Assembly: GCA_951406725.2 (NCBI GenBank)
Contig: OX597831.1
Span: 63,116,001-63,180,000, forward strand
Reading direction: 5' to 3'
Length of the DNA: 64,000 bases
From: Octopus vulgaris
Lineage: Eukaryota
Each line of letters begins with the position of its first letter. Position 1 is the stretch's first letter. Shown one piece after another: positions 13,025 to 28,235 of this stretch. The position numbers were made by a program, and so were the translations under genes. The notes under the pieces are model-generated. The model saw only the letters and a program-made list of their open reading frames with translations, was not told the origin of the DNA and made no database searches.

Positions 13025-13759
13025 GGATCTTTTCCTTTTGAACGGCAGATGTCAACACAATTTCTAGTTAACTAAACACTTTTAAACTTCGTATACTGGT
13101 AGAATGTGTTTATAAAACATTATTTTCGCTTGCTTTTATTGAGAAAATTCTATAGTTTGTAAGATATTTCGTCTGAAAATCCGAGCATTTCGGCAATTTT
13201 AACCAATCGATTACCTCCTTTTAGGCAAGCAACATTTGCTGCGTCTAAAACTGAGACAAAATCCTGTAACTAACCCTAACCATAATTTTTTTTCTTAATT
13301 GTTAAATTAATTTAATTGTTACGCGTATAAAAAAACTAAAGCCATGGAAAATAATTTAAACAATTAACATACAAAATAATTCTATAATTTTATACGTATA
13401 CGGAAAGCGCGTGTATAAAATTATAGAATTATTTTGTATGTTAATTGTTTAAATAATTTTCCATTTAATTGTTAAACGCGTAACAATTACATTAATTTAA
13501 CAATTAAGAAAAAAATTTAGGGTTAGGGTTAGTTACAGGATGTTGTCTCAGTTTTATCGCAGTAAATGATTTTAGCTCAAAAGAGAGCATAGGATAGGTT
13601 AAAATTCGAAAAATTAAACTACGTTAAACAAACAAATTACAATTTTCTCAAGAAAGCCAAGAGAAAAAAATGTTTTATTTTGACACATTCTACCAGTATA
13701 CGAAGTTTTAAAGTGTTTAGTTAACTAGAAATTGTCTGCCGTTCAAAAGGAAAATATCC
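13025..13759. mobile_element. Foldback/MITE-like palindromic DNA element
   Basis: GGATCTTTTCCTTTTGAACGGCAG...CTGCCGTTCAAAAGGAAAATATCC termini; arms pair to a centre near 13400; internal TAACCC/GGGTTA motifs. Confidence 0.85.
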
Positions 13760-14520
13760 CTATCCTCGCATATATTCGTTTGCTTTTTCTTGAAGCTTAA
13801 TGCTTTGGCACTTCCGTGATAACAGTGGCCATGGCTTAATGATGTCTCGGAAATCAACTGATGAGAAAAATCCGCCGAGAAGCCGGGTAATTTTAGGTGG
13901 AGATCCATGATCAGTCCAAACAGACTATAAGTGTTGCATCGTTTCTCTCAGCGTATACCCACAGAAATGTAACTGAAGAAGAGTGCATTACGTACACATT
14001 CAATGAAAGTAACAGCTTGTGAATAGGTAAAATATCCCTAAGAGTTACTCTGATAGTACTGCTTCTACATGTGAAATGTACCGGGGAGCGACAAGATATC
14101 CAAACCTTTGAAAATAAGAAAAGCTAGGGAAACACTCCAATGAAAACATCCCTTGAGTTGTTGAAAAGAAAACGAAAGGAGTATTATTTACTGAGAATAT
14201 CAATGTCGCACCTAGATTAGGGAAAAAAGAGAACATTTATCACGAACTAAATTGGAACATAAAAGTCTTGTGTGCTGGGATATAGATTTTCATATGCACT
14301 TATTATCGTAAGTGCATTGCGAAAGGTAACAAGAGAAGAAAAGGCACACGCCAAATTGAAGTAATTAATGAGGAGGTAAATTTCGCTAAACATCTGCTTT
14401 GTCGAGAATCTACGAAATGCACATAATTGCATGTTTCTAGATAGCATAAACTTATACGTAACAAGGTAATCACGCATACAAACACATATTCACATATACT
14501 CATACATATATTTATATATA

Positions 14521-14576
<56 letters not shown>

Positions 14577-14689
14577 GGTAAAGGCAAAGATAGACACGCA
14601 CACACACAGATGTAGATAGCCATACAAACAATGCATAATACATTGGTGCAAAATGGAAGTATAATTTGTTCGCCATTCATGCCGTTCAA

Positions 14690-15780
<1,091 letters not shown>

Positions 15781-16148
15781 GTGTATATCCTTACGTTTAC
15801 CAACTTCAACATCATAAAATCACATTAACCTGGAAAATCACGCACACAATGCCATATCCAGGACTGCTTTATTGTTATATTGTAATAATAGGATGTATGA
15901 TGTTTCCAAATCTAACCAAGAATATGCTTATTCAGTATCTTGTATAGTGTGATACAGCAAATAATCGTAACGCTGTACATATGGTTTTACTCTGTAAAGT
16001 TGCAAGCGTAATAATATGATAATACAATTTTAGGTAGAATAACTTTCCAAACAATGGCAATTCTCTTGTGTGTTCGTATATTATACATATGTGTATGTGT
16101 ATACATCAATATATATGTGTGTGTGTATGTATATATACATAAATATTC

Positions 16149-16179
<31 letters not shown>

Positions 16180-16325
16180 TATATATGAGTATGTATGAAA
16201 TGTATATAGACACTCATACATGAATACATGTATCAAAAATTCATTGCTAACTAAGAGTTTTGCGCATGGCCGTTCACATATTGTTTGCCCAATATCTTTT
16301 GCATACTCTACAATCCATGTATTAA

Positions 16326-16419
<94 letters not shown>

Positions 16420-16451
16420 GTGTTTAGGCTCAATGATTTTTTATATAAATA

Positions 16452-16478
16452 GACAGACTGACAGATAGATAGATAGAC

Positions 16479-16534
<56 letters not shown>

Positions 16535-16535
16535 T

Positions 16536-16573
<38 letters not shown>

Positions 16574-16578
16574 CAGAC

Positions 16579-16650
<72 letters not shown>
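16452..16650. repeat. (GATA)n microsatellite
   Basis: Direct reading. Confidence 0.95.
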
Positions 16651-16651
<1 letters not shown>

Positions 16652-18610
16652 TTGAAATATTGTAATAAAGGTTTTGGTCGAACTATTCAACCATTATATT
16701 TAAGTTGAATAGTTGTTCTGGCGATCTCATGTGAAGAACCGAGGAGTGGTAAAAGAAAAAAACAGCACAGATTTTCGTGCCTCCTAAAAATTTGTGAGAA
16801 TTGCCGTTTTGGGGGAGTGTCTTTGCCTCCGAAGATTGAACGACTTGTACAACAGTTTATGTGGAAGTTGGGTTCCAGTTGTGGCGATCCGGGTTCGACC
16901 TTGGCCGGGAGTACCTAATGGACGGAAGATTTTTTCTTTTGCTGTTTTTGAACAATTGATTTTCTTGCTTCTAAACTTTTTTGACTTTCTTTTTTCGTGA
17001 ATTGTTTTCTTTTTTCTTCCTTCCATTGTATTGTGACTTCCCTTTGATTTCTTTCTTTTTCTTCTTCTTTCTATTAAAGTTTTATTTTGATCTATCTTCG
17101 AACTTTTATTACAAAAAAAACATGGCAATGAAAAACGACAATGTTTTAGAGTGGGAAATGATACCACCCAAATAGTGGTTGAAAGACCTTGAGGAGAGGA
17201 CGGTGGTGTTGAGGACTTACTCCAAGTCGCTCGACACCATAGCCCTATTTGAAAAGATTGTAACTGAAAAGAAGTTGGCAGAGGAGAAAAAAATACTCAA
17301 CAGTGAGGCTGCTATTTGACACTCCTCAAGAGGCTCGCAAATTTGCGAGCCAGCCCTTAGACGGCAAAGAAATTTTGTTTCTTCGCACCCATTGTGGAAA
17401 GAGGTTGACAAGAGCTTGGCTTTGCGGGTTGCCACCCGTAATGTAGCCCGAGTGGATAGAGCAGACTATCCCCCGGGGTCTGGGTGGCAGCGGAGCTAAG
17501 CTCCTAAATGTGAAAAATGTTCCTGCGGCTGATTGGGTTAGCTGTTTTGACCCTGTGGACCCAATCAGCCAATCTGGTTTTTCCAGAAAATGGCCGGGTG
17601 CAGGTACCCGGTGATTCTTCTGGGTCGCCTCACCAGGTGTCATCGGTGCCTGGAGCCTGGCCATATAAAGGAAAACTGCTCCCAGGAACAACGTAAGGTC
17701 CTGGAGCAGTTGGCCCTGGAACGAAGGCGGCCGAGGAGGCGGAGTACTCCTCAAAGAAGAGCTGCAAGAGTAAGAAGGTGAACAACAATAGGTGCTCACC
17801 GAAGGAACCTAGGGATGAGGGAGGGGAGGCGAATCTCCTGGTTACGGAGGAGATTCACCACCACCCTCAGATGAGAAGAAAAAAAAGAGGAACATTGCCG
17901 GCAGTCGTTGGCATAGTACCGGAATGTCCCGGAATTCTTCGGTAAGGGCTGTGCCACCGGTAGGAGAAAAGACACCGTCGGTGGGATTTGTGCCGCCGAC
18001 GGTAGAAGTGACTACTTCGTCCCCGGAGGAAGACGAATTATTGGTCTTCTTCTTCTTCTTCTTCAGAGGCGGAGAGGTGGAGGTATTGGAAAAGCAACTT
18101 AACGGAGTACCTTTAGCCTTCACACGGGATCCTGAATGGCCTCCACAGATAGCTGTGGAGGTCACAACGTTACTCGTGTTGCGTACGCTGCAGGTAACCA
18201 ATGAGGAATATCGCTTGTGGCTGGGCGACGCCGACACGGCACTCACTTTGTGCTTGTATGAGGCATGGGTGATGGCGGAGGATGGGGTCACAAGCGATGT
18301 TGGGGAGGAATATGGATAAGAGGTTGAAAAGCCTCAGTGTTATTGAAAGTTCCTAGTTTGGAAAAAATGGTAACAGGCTTAGTGCCTCATTTTGTTATTG
18401 AATATCGTGAACAATGTAAGAGGTGTGTTGCCCCATGAATAATATAAGACTTCAATGTTATCGAGAAATAAAACGATCGGCGGGCTTCGCTTTTTCACCC
18501 CATTAATCATCATTTTCGTTTTTCATTTCATATAACATTATGTCTGTGTCCAGCCCTCAGCTTCCTGTCTCTATATAAGGCCTTTATGGCCAATATAATG
18601 AAATAAAGAA
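16651..18610 (+). mobile_element. Degenerate Tx1/L1-like element encoding only a gag-like ORF1
   Basis: CHRCLEPGHIKENC (CX2CX4HX4C) in 17590-17781; frameshifted coding-like run ~17120-18319; 3' end resembles that of the 19531 element. Confidence 0.65.
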
Positions 18611-18730
18611 GCTTGCTTCCGGATTCCGTCTGTCTGCATGGCACCTTCGTCAACTGTCTTCTACTATAGCCGCGGGCCAATCAAAGCTTTGTGAATATAC
18701 TTTTAGTCGGAAACTGAAAGAAGCCCTCCT
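18611..18730 (+). mobile_element. SINE family A 5' fragment
   Basis: TGGCACCTT..TGTCTTCTACTATAGCC..GGAAACTGAAAGAAGCCC. Confidence 0.7.
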
Positions 18731-19433
18731 GTATGTGATTGTGTGATTTTGTGTCGTGAATGTATATTTGTATTATTGTCTGTGTGACCGTCTGTCTCTT
18801 ATAAGTATGTGTGTATGTATTATGTACAAATGTATGTATCTATCTATTTTTCTATTTATCTATCTATGTGTATAAAGCGAAACATATCGGCAGAAATTTC
18901 TCAATACTGAAAACACAGTAAAATATCAGATTTCAATGAAAAATAAATTCACATCCTCTTTCTTCCACCGAATAAGGATGTAAAATGGCAAGGTGTTTCG
19001 TGATCACCGGATGCATTAATCATGGGAAGCAATGAACTCTGATGAGATGTAGCTTGCTTTTAAGTTTGGTTTCTGGGATGTGAATGGATAATCCATATGA
19101 CCGTTAACTCTCACATATATGTCAAAATGAATAAGCAGATCCTCGCATAAATGTTAGACCTGACAAAGAAACAAGGAAGATGGACGGATAAGAAAGAGGA
19201 AGGAGAAGACATGTGGAAGAAGCAGAAAAACAAAATCCAGAAAATAATAAGGGTAAGGAGGGGAGAGCAAACAAGATGATGCAGAGTTCGAAAACGACAA
19301 AGAATATGGGTTCGTAACAGAGAATATGCGTATAAAATACAAATACATGCACATGGAGACACATGTACCCAATCTACGCATAAATATATACACATAAACA
19401 CAGATAGATCGATAGGGAGATAGATAGATAGAC

Positions 19434-19530
<97 letters not shown>

Positions 19531-21189
19531 TGTTTCTTTATTAGCCACACAAGGCTGCACAGAGACGGGACAGATTAAAAAGCTTTTCTTTATGGGGAGA
19601 AAAGAAGAGAAGAAAAAAATAAGGGATCGTAAAAGGGAAAGGAAAGAAAAATAAGGGATCGTAAAAGGGAAAGGAAAGAAAAAAAGGAAAGAAAAGAAAA
19701 AGACGATCAATAGGGATCGTGTATGACAGAAATGTCATAATGTAAAGTGTAAAGGGGGAAGCAGATAGGGTTTATCCATGGTAAGAAAAGCCTACGGAAA
19801 AGACCACGGTAACCTCGGTCAATAATGTCACCTGTTAACACATTTGTTTGCAAGTAGATAACCCTCTGTTTTAAATTTTTCCGGGTTCATAGGATTATGC
19901 TCAAGGTGGCTTCGTCATTCATACGTGCCATCCTTGTTACATTCACCCATCTTTTTTAGAAACATTCGCTAGAAAAAACTTGCCTCTCTACTCTCACATT
20001 CCTTTTCAAGTGATACTTGAAGAAGTTGATGAGAGATTGACCAGAGAGCAAAGTGTTTGTCTCCAACCCTTTCAGACGCGTTCAGTCATGGAGACGAGTT
20101 ACGGGAAAGCGTGCCTCACAAACGGCGACCACACCTGTTCACCGTCGTCTATGTAGAGCCTGAGATGTCACGCGCTGAGACTGCGCATCATCAACCACGA
20201 CATGCCTAGTCCTCCTTTTAACAGGTGTTGACAGTAAATGTATCGCCTACCCATCGGGGCGCATCCTTTCCACAAGAAGCGAAAGACAATGCGCTCTAGT
20301 TTGGTGATGGTAGGGTCGGGACAAGGCACGACGGTAAGGTGGTAGTAGATGACGGACGCGATGTACTTGTACGCCACCTCCACCCGACATTTTAGGGACA
20401 GTTTCCCTTCGGCCCATTGCCGAATGAGAGTGACCACCCTACTCGTTATCTTGTTCCAGTTCTCCATTTGGATATCCGGACCAAACCAGACCCCGAGCAA
20501 CTCGACCGGACCGTCGGTCCAGCGTCCCACGACGGAGGCGCTGGTGGACGGCATGGGCTTGCTTCTCCAGGTGCCGAGCCGCAAGCCCAGTAACTTTTCC
20601 CGGTTGATTTTCGCTCCTGTCACTGCTTCGTACTTTTTCAGTGTCTCGCCGACCTGCTCGATGTGCTGGTGGCTAGACACTATGACGGTGACGTCGTCCG
20701 CGTATGCAAACACGCTCGTCCCGCACCCCAATTCTCGCGGGATGCCCCTCAGAGTTGCCAGCTTCCGCAATAATGGCTCGAGAGTCAATACGTAGATAAG
20801 CGACGAGAGGAGGCATCCCTGAAGGACCGAAAGTGCAATGTCGAAAGGTCTTGATAGATATCCATTTACGCGAATTACCGAAGGGATACCTCTGTACAAA
20901 GCGGCTATCCAGCCGCGGAAGACGGGACCGAAACCAGTCGCTCTGAGGACAGCCTCCAAGTATCGATGGTCTACCCTATCGAAAGCTTTCGATTGATCCA
21001 AATTGGTCAGGGCCCCACCCATGCCAGGTTCCTTAACTACCCTGTCTATGATGTAGCGCATCAGATGGAGGTTCTCATGGATGCTCCGGCCCGGCACGGC
21101 AAACATTTGCGCCTTGTCGACCAGTTTGTCGATGACAAGCGCCAACCTCTCAGCTAACACCTTGACCAAATGTTTCAAGTCTGCATTAA
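19531..21189 (-). mobile_element. 5'-truncated Tx1/L1-clade LINE (RT to 3'UTR) within (TATC)n
   Basis: TLLNADLK.LVKVLAERL, LDQSKAFDRVDH, SVLQGCLLS, AYADDVT, KGGLG; 3'UTR ends TGTGGCTAATAAAGAAA followed by (TATC)n. The ORF N-terminus is microsatellite artefact. Confidence 0.92.
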
Positions 21190-21242
21190 GTAGAGTACAG
21201 ACAGACAGGTAGATTGAGAGACAGACAGACTGACAAGCAGGC

Positions 21243-21319
<77 letters not shown>

Positions 21320-22424
21320 CATACATACATACATGCATACATACATACATACATACATACATACATACATACATACATACATACATACATACATACATAC
21401 ATACATACATACATACGGTTATTGATCATTACATATATTATGAATACGTTGTTAGTATACATTTCACACACGCAGAAAACTCCAGGCATACGCGAACGCA
21501 TACTAGAACAAGGACCGCACAAACTGGCTGAAGGATGCATTTACATGTTCGGGTAATAATATTCAAGTCTTAAGAAAAAGGGGAAAAGTGAGCTTTAAGA
21601 GCGTAATGAAGCAGAGATGATGGTCGTGACGCGTTGTTTCAAAGATTTTTTTTCAAAGTTTCGATAATGAAACTTAATCTAAAATAATATATTTAATATA
21701 ATTTTAAAAAGATAAGTCGCGTTAACAGTGAGAATGACTACAACAAAGCGCGTGAACTTACAAATATATCTAGTTTAATCGTACAGGACTGATAGATGAA
21801 TGGCTTAAAACCTGTAGAAATCCGGAAGGATACGAATAGAAATGAAAAAGTCTTTATCAACGAGAACAAAATGTTGAAGTAAATGGTTTTTATCGAGTTT
21901 TAGCATTGAAAAAGTGTCAAACAGAAAATGGATAACGTAATAAATTATCAAAAATTTTGAAAATGGTATGTGATTTTATTGTGATTCAATATATTCCATT
22001 TTGCTGATGCTGTTCAAAAAGTTCAGATTACATAACACATGAGGCAGTGAAAGATTAGAAATATAAAAAATAAAGATGAGAGAAAAAATAGGAAACGAAC
22101 GAAAAAGAAAAACCACCTAAGTGAAATCTGCAAAACGGTTTTTTTCTTTTCTGTGTTCGAAACAATATATTTTTCAAAACAAAGCAGAAGCAAAATGCTA
22201 GCTTCCTTTCCGCTCAATTATTACCATAAGAGCTGTGTTCGGATGGGTTCGCGTATTCTGGAATAGTCTATTATGTTTGAAAAGGAGTTCAAGACGATTC
22301 TTTCGAAAGGAAACATATTCGAATATTCTAATGAAAATTTTTTTGGTAGACAGATAAAAGTCTTCTCATACGTGAAAAGTTATGTCTTAAATATATTTTC
22401 CGTTACATTAATGCACGCCTTCTA

Positions 22425-22825
22425 GGGCGGCGAGCTGGCAGGGTCGTTAGCACGCCGGGCGAAATGTTTAGCGGTATTTCGTCTGCCGCTACGTTCTGAG
22501 TTCAAATTCCGCCAAGGTCGACTTTGCCTTTCATCGTTTCGGGGTCGATTAAATAAATACCAGTTACACACTGGGGTCGATATAATCAACTTAATCCGTC
22601 TGTCTCTCCTTGTTTGTCCTCTCTGTGTTTAGCCCCTTATGGATAGTAAAGAAATAGGTATTTCGTCTGTCTTCACATTCTGAGTTCAAATTCTGCCGAG
22701 GTTGACTTTGCCTTTCGTCCTTTCTGGGTCGATGAAATAAGCACCATTTACGCACTGGGGTCGATATAATGGACTAGTCCCCTTACCCAAAAATTTTCAA
22801 GGCCTTGTGCCTAGAGTAGAAATAA
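22425..22825 (+). mobile_element. SINE family B with duplicated body
   Basis: GGCGGCGAGCTGGCAG head; GTTCAAATTCC B-box and GCCTTTCATC..GGGGTCGAT core occur twice. Confidence 0.85.
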
Positions 22826-23401
22826 TTAATACACTTTTTCTAAATGTTGCAGCTGTCGATTCACGCTGTCATCATTTTTTCCCTTTTTTAAATTTAAACT
22901 GCATTACTTTACAAGGGCTTTTAAAATTAGTTTTGATTCATATTCAAGTGGGTTTATTTCTACACGTATGACTGACTTACACGTGCAAGTTGTTAAAAGT
23001 TATTTCCTTTATCTTTTTTATTGTTGTAACGTTACCTTATTAATTTTCGTCGGGTTCTTTTTTCTTCTTTTGCCTGTTGATTGATTTTGTTATTAAATCA
23101 TTTATCTCTAGATCATCATTGGTTTTCCTTAATTAATTCGTATGCCATTTTTAGATATTTTGTAGATCAAGTTATCATTACGATTTCTCTATCGTGTTAT
23201 TCCCCTAAGCTTGATATTCTCAACGAATGAAGTGGTTCCGGTACTGCTAATATTAGTCTGCTTTCCCATGTCTTTAGAAAGCTTCTCTAAATTGTTATCC
23301 GTTTCGTTAATTAATGTTAATAATACAACGATGTAGCGAAATCATAGAAAGAAAGTATACAATGAATAACCACTCACACACACAAACACATACACACACA
23401 T

Positions 23402-23471
<70 letters not shown>

Positions 23472-23559
23472 CACACACACACACACACACACAAACACAA
23501 ACACAAACACACTCACAAACACACACACACACAAACACACACACACATACACCTACACG

Positions 23560-23865
23560 TAAAAATCTTCTTTGGTCATGGATGACCACGGGATTGCACC
23601 TAGAAAGTTACCCTCCAAGGCACAAGTCCAGACAAGATTCATCATGGAAAGCCAGCAGTCACCCATGTATACCAGCAACCAGTGTTGTCCAAGGGAAAGG
23701 CAAAGGCCGATACAGCTTGGCACCAGTGACGTTGCAACTGATTCTTATAGCAGAGTGAACTAGAGCAACCTAAAATAAACTTCCTCGCTCATACAGACCA
23801 GTCCCGGAACTGAACTCACTGCCATATGATTGTCAGCGCAATGTTCTAACCACTGACCTACGTGT
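23560..23865 (-). mobile_element. tRNA-derived SINE (family D), possible RTE-like tail
   Basis: Minus-strand head AGGTCAGTGGTTAGAAC...GAGTTCAGTTCC; tail GTCATCCATGACCAAAGAAGA. Confidence 0.55.
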
Positions 23866-23924
23866 CTTAACACATACATTTACACACACACAAACAACCA
23901 CACACAATTATATATATATATATA

Positions 23925-24937
23925 CAGGGTGCAGGGAATAAACTATCGTCTAAATTAAGCAAAAGGGAAAATAACACTGACATCTCATTTTAAGAGATTT
24001 ATTTACCAAAATTACATAAAAATATATTGAAAAACGAATGAGTAAGTTTATTGAATAAAATCGCCATTGGCTTCAACCACAGCCTCCAGACAACTTTGGA
24101 ATCTACAATTCTTCTGGAAAGTCTCCTTAAGTCGATGAAGGCTGCTATAACCCTGCCTTCAGTTCATATTTGGTGTTGCAAGGAGTTTTGTTGGTCTCTC
24201 GCTCAACTGCGCCCTACGCATAATAATCAAGGCGGTTGTCGTCTAGGGAGTTAGGTGGCCAGATGTTAGGGGCGACGTGGTCGTAGAAATTGCCTGACAG
24301 CCATGACTGGGTTCTCCTGCTTGTGTGGGATGGTGCAGAGTCCTGTTGTCGGACATAGGATCTTCCAGCATCCAACCTGTTGACCCAAGACAGTACTACC
24401 TCTTCCAGGCAATAGATGTAGACTTCCGTGTTCAATCTGAGGCCATGTGGGAAGATGAATGGAGGCCCTTTCTCATCTTGTATGAGGAATACCGAATCAT
24501 GCACTACTTGCTTGAAAACAAACTCAAACATCCCCATGCCTTTGGTGATGGACCTGATTGACTTGGACGGATAGCCTGGATCTCACCAACAAATACAAGA
24601 GATCTTTTCTTATCAGAACGACCAGAGTGAGTTTTCCTCGCTACCGGACATTCATATTCTCCATGAGACGCATCTTTCCGAATTATCTGCACTGTCCACA
24701 GATTGACACCTAAACACTCTAAAATGCACGTATTGGAGCTTCCGGCGAAAATGCCAAGCAGTACAGCATGTCATTTCCAAGTTTCTGGCAGAGTGAATTG
24801 CGTCTTGGTGCTCTTTTTCTCACATACGGTGCCCAAATGACCCTGCTATACTGTGTAATCGACAAAATCAAAATCAAGCAAAGTGCATGCGCGAAATTAA
24901 AAATATAAAATGGTGACAATTTACCCATCGTACCCTG
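23925..24937 (-). mobile_element. Tc1/mariner (DD37D/maT-like) transposon relic
   Basis: QQDSAPSHT...IWPPNSLDDNRLDYY in ORF 24214-24537; imperfect TIRs CAGGGT.../...ACCCTG with TA on the left flank. Confidence 0.8.
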
Positions 24938-24960
24938 TGTGCACACACACATTTATATTT

Positions 24961-25005
<45 letters not shown>

Positions 25006-25099
25006 CAGGCAGACAGACAGACAGGCAGGCAGACAGATAGACAGACAGACAGACTGACAGACAGACGGACGGACGGACGGACGGATGGATGGATGGATG

Positions 25100-25139
<40 letters not shown>

Positions 25140-25667
25140 TACAATCAATTCAAGGATGTCAAGTCCTCATTGGGGATTAAATAATCGAACATTTTCACTG
25201 ACTAATCGCTATCATATACGAAGAAAGTCTCAATGATATGTTAGGTATTATCATAATAATACATATTTCTATAGTAAGGTATATATTAATACATATAGTA
25301 ATACATATTGTAACACATAATGGAGAATTATAGATGCATAATTAAACTTCTTAGTACTTCGCTTGCTTCCTTTCAAGAAATATGTTAATCTTTGTTGTAT
25401 AAGCTCACAAACCCTCATGAGATTATGCCCCACATAGTTGAAACTGAGGACCAAGTCTTAATATTTGACGCTACCCAAAATGCTTAGAATTGCGAATTAC
25501 CTACGGTCATGAATGGAAACATATACGTAGGTTTTTGGCATCTGCCATTTCTTTTTTTTTTTTGAGCTTTTTAATTTATAATTTCTTTTGTTGTTTTTTT
25601 TTAAATTTCAGCCTCATAAATAAATCAATTATACGTCCATAATTCGCCATTTTCTTTCTTTCATTAT

Positions 25668-25710
<43 letters not shown>

Positions 25711-26435
25711 TGGCTATTGTGTAGTCTATATTAGCGTGTAGTTTCTTTTGAATTGATTTAAATATTTATTTTTGAAATGAAACACACCTTGAAATGGAAT
25801 ATTACTCACGCATTTCATGTGATTATAATTCATCAATATTCAACGACACACTCCACTCATAACCTATTTTCAGTTTACATTTTGTTAATATAAATTTTGT
25901 TTTCACATGGTTTTCCACAGAAATTTTCAATTATCATTATATATCTCCATTATTAAAGATGTTTTTTTTTTTTGTTTTTTTTTCTGCGAGCTAGTTTCTC
26001 TTTTAATTATGTGATACATTTTAACTCTTTGTAGTATTTCCTTGTTTGTTTGGCAATGGATATTGTAAATGTTAACACGCGTTTCAACTAATCTGGCGTC
26101 GTGTTTGACAATACGAAGTGCATTTAATAAATCAACGGACGTTTCGCACAAACTGAAAACCATAAACCATCACCAAATCTTCAGGTAGAATTAATATGAC
26201 ATTATATCGGTGATTACTAGAGTTAAAGTTTGAATTAAAGTATATATCGTTCCAGTAAACATTCTACTGTGTACCGTTTTCCTTGACACGTGATAGAATC
26301 AGTGCTGGTCATTATTATTGCGAAGTGAACATCTTAACTATGCAGGCATACCTGAAAACACATACAAGTTCGGATTCGCTCACACATATATAAATACACA
26401 CTCAAATATAGAACTCATACATATATGTAGTATAT

Positions 26436-26668
26436 ATTTCTTTACTGTCCACAAGGGGCTAAACATAGAGGAGATAAACAAGGACAGACAAAGGGATCAA
26501 GTCGATTACATCGACCCCAGTGCGTAACTGGCACTTATTTAATCGACCGCGAAAAGATGAAAGGCAAAGTCGACCTCGGCGGAATTTGAACTCAGAACGT
26601 AACGGCAGACGAAATACGGTTACGCATTTCGCCCGGCGTGCTAACGTTTCTGCCAGCTCACCGCCTTT
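26436..26668 (-). mobile_element. SINE family B
   Basis: Reverse complement of the 50746-50978 copy. Confidence 0.9.
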
Positions 26669-26839
26669 ACTCATACATATATGTAGTATAGTCAACATCT
26701 CATGTGACTCAAAATTATCATGATAGCAAGTAAGGTACCAGAAAGTTTAGAATGTGTAATACTTGCAATATTTATGCTTTCAGTCGTCTTACGTTCTGAA
26801 CACAAATGTTACCCAGTTTCTACCTTGATTCCATATACC

Positions 26840-27074
26840 CATTTCTTTACCACCCACAAGGGGCTAAACACAGAGAGGACAAACAAGGACAGACAAACGG
26901 ATTAAGTCGATTACATGGACCCCAGTGCGTAACTGGTACGTAATTAATCGACCCCGAAAGGATGAAAGGGAAAGTCGATCTCGGCGGAATTTGAACTCAG
27001 AACGTAGCTGCAGAGACGAAATACTGCTAAGCATTTCGCCCGGCGTGCTAACGATTCTGCCAGCTCGCCGCCCT
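26840..27074 (-). mobile_element. SINE family B
   Basis: Reverse complement of the 50746-50978 copy. Confidence 0.9.
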
Positions 27075-27952
27075 TAATTCCATATACCCAGGATCCGTCT
27101 GCGTGTTGTTTACAGTCGATTCAGAGGAACGTTTCTTTCGAGCGAGTCGATTTGGCGGCTCGATTTTGTTCATCATTTGAATTACATTTCCTTCAAGTAT
27201 ATAATTAACACGCTGAGAAACATCACAACATTCTGTTTCTTATATAAATATTAATATTTTATTCACCAAAACAAATCGATATTCTGGTTACAACATGCTA
27301 GTTGTATTGCTACAATTGACAAAAGACTATATCCTAATTTTCATATATATTATAAAATTAATAAGCATTAAACGAAGAGTCTATTTTGAAACGTTATCTG
27401 CTATTTAAAATTTAACATCAGTTTATTATGTTTCAACATATAAAACATTATACCCTGTCACAACTCTGTTTCCCCCTGACTCTGCATTATCATACTGATA
27501 CGACAAAGACACAACGCAACTGCGACATGAGAAAAAGAACGAAAAATGTTTAGAGTGTTAGATTATATAGACAAATTGGTTAGTGCAAGACTGAAAGTTT
27601 GGATGTCAACGTCTTGTGTGTAATGTAGACAGGAAACTAGTTTCTTAAAAATAGAAATGAAGTGAAAAAACAGTAAATCAGAAGAAAACGTTTGTAGAAA
27701 CGGAGCTTTACAACAGACGGGAGATTAGAGAGGTAATGTGAGAAAATAAAGGCATAGTGAATGAGCAAATTATAGACCGAACGACTGAAACAAAAAGGAA
27801 AGCGAAAGGGTGCAAGAGGGAGAAATTTGTGTATGGTCTGGAAACTGGGAATGCTGCAAAATGAAGTGAACACCTAATGGCAGAATATCATTTCAGTAAA
27901 ATTTATCAGACACAAAGAGAGCAAGGAAAAATACGATGTAGGCTCGTGGAAT

Positions 27953-28028
27953 GAGGCGAATAACACTGGAGATGATTAGAAGTAAGGCAAATAACACTGG
28001 AGATGATTAGAAGTAAGGCGAATAACAA
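27953..28028 (+). repeat. Short ~30-bp tandem repeat
   Basis: AGGC(G/A)AATAACACTGGAGATGATTAGAAGT, about 2.4 copies. Confidence 0.85.
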
Positions 28029-28142
28029 TAATTGAATAAAGAATAAATGAAACACAAGAAGGAAATGCAAAATGTACCAAGGCTTGAATTTATATTATTA
28101 AAAGGTAGAAATATACCCCATCATTTTTGACGGGTACTACTC

Positions 28143-28233
<91 letters not shown>

Positions 28234-28235
<2 letters not shown>

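Noticed and set aside
13517-13535. TTAGGG telomere repeat
   Set aside because: Only 2-3 units, and part of the foldback element
13965-14015. CTGAAGA...GAAA hammerhead-like spacing
   Set aside because: Stems I and III do not form
21190-21406. N-terminus of the 412-aa ORF
   Set aside because: In-frame microsatellite, not part of the RT
26130-26192. Minus-strand CTGAAGA...GAAACGTC
   Set aside because: No credible stem II; stem I out of register
27953-28028. CRISPR-like repeats
   Set aside because: No spacers or cas genes; eukaryotic tandem repeat
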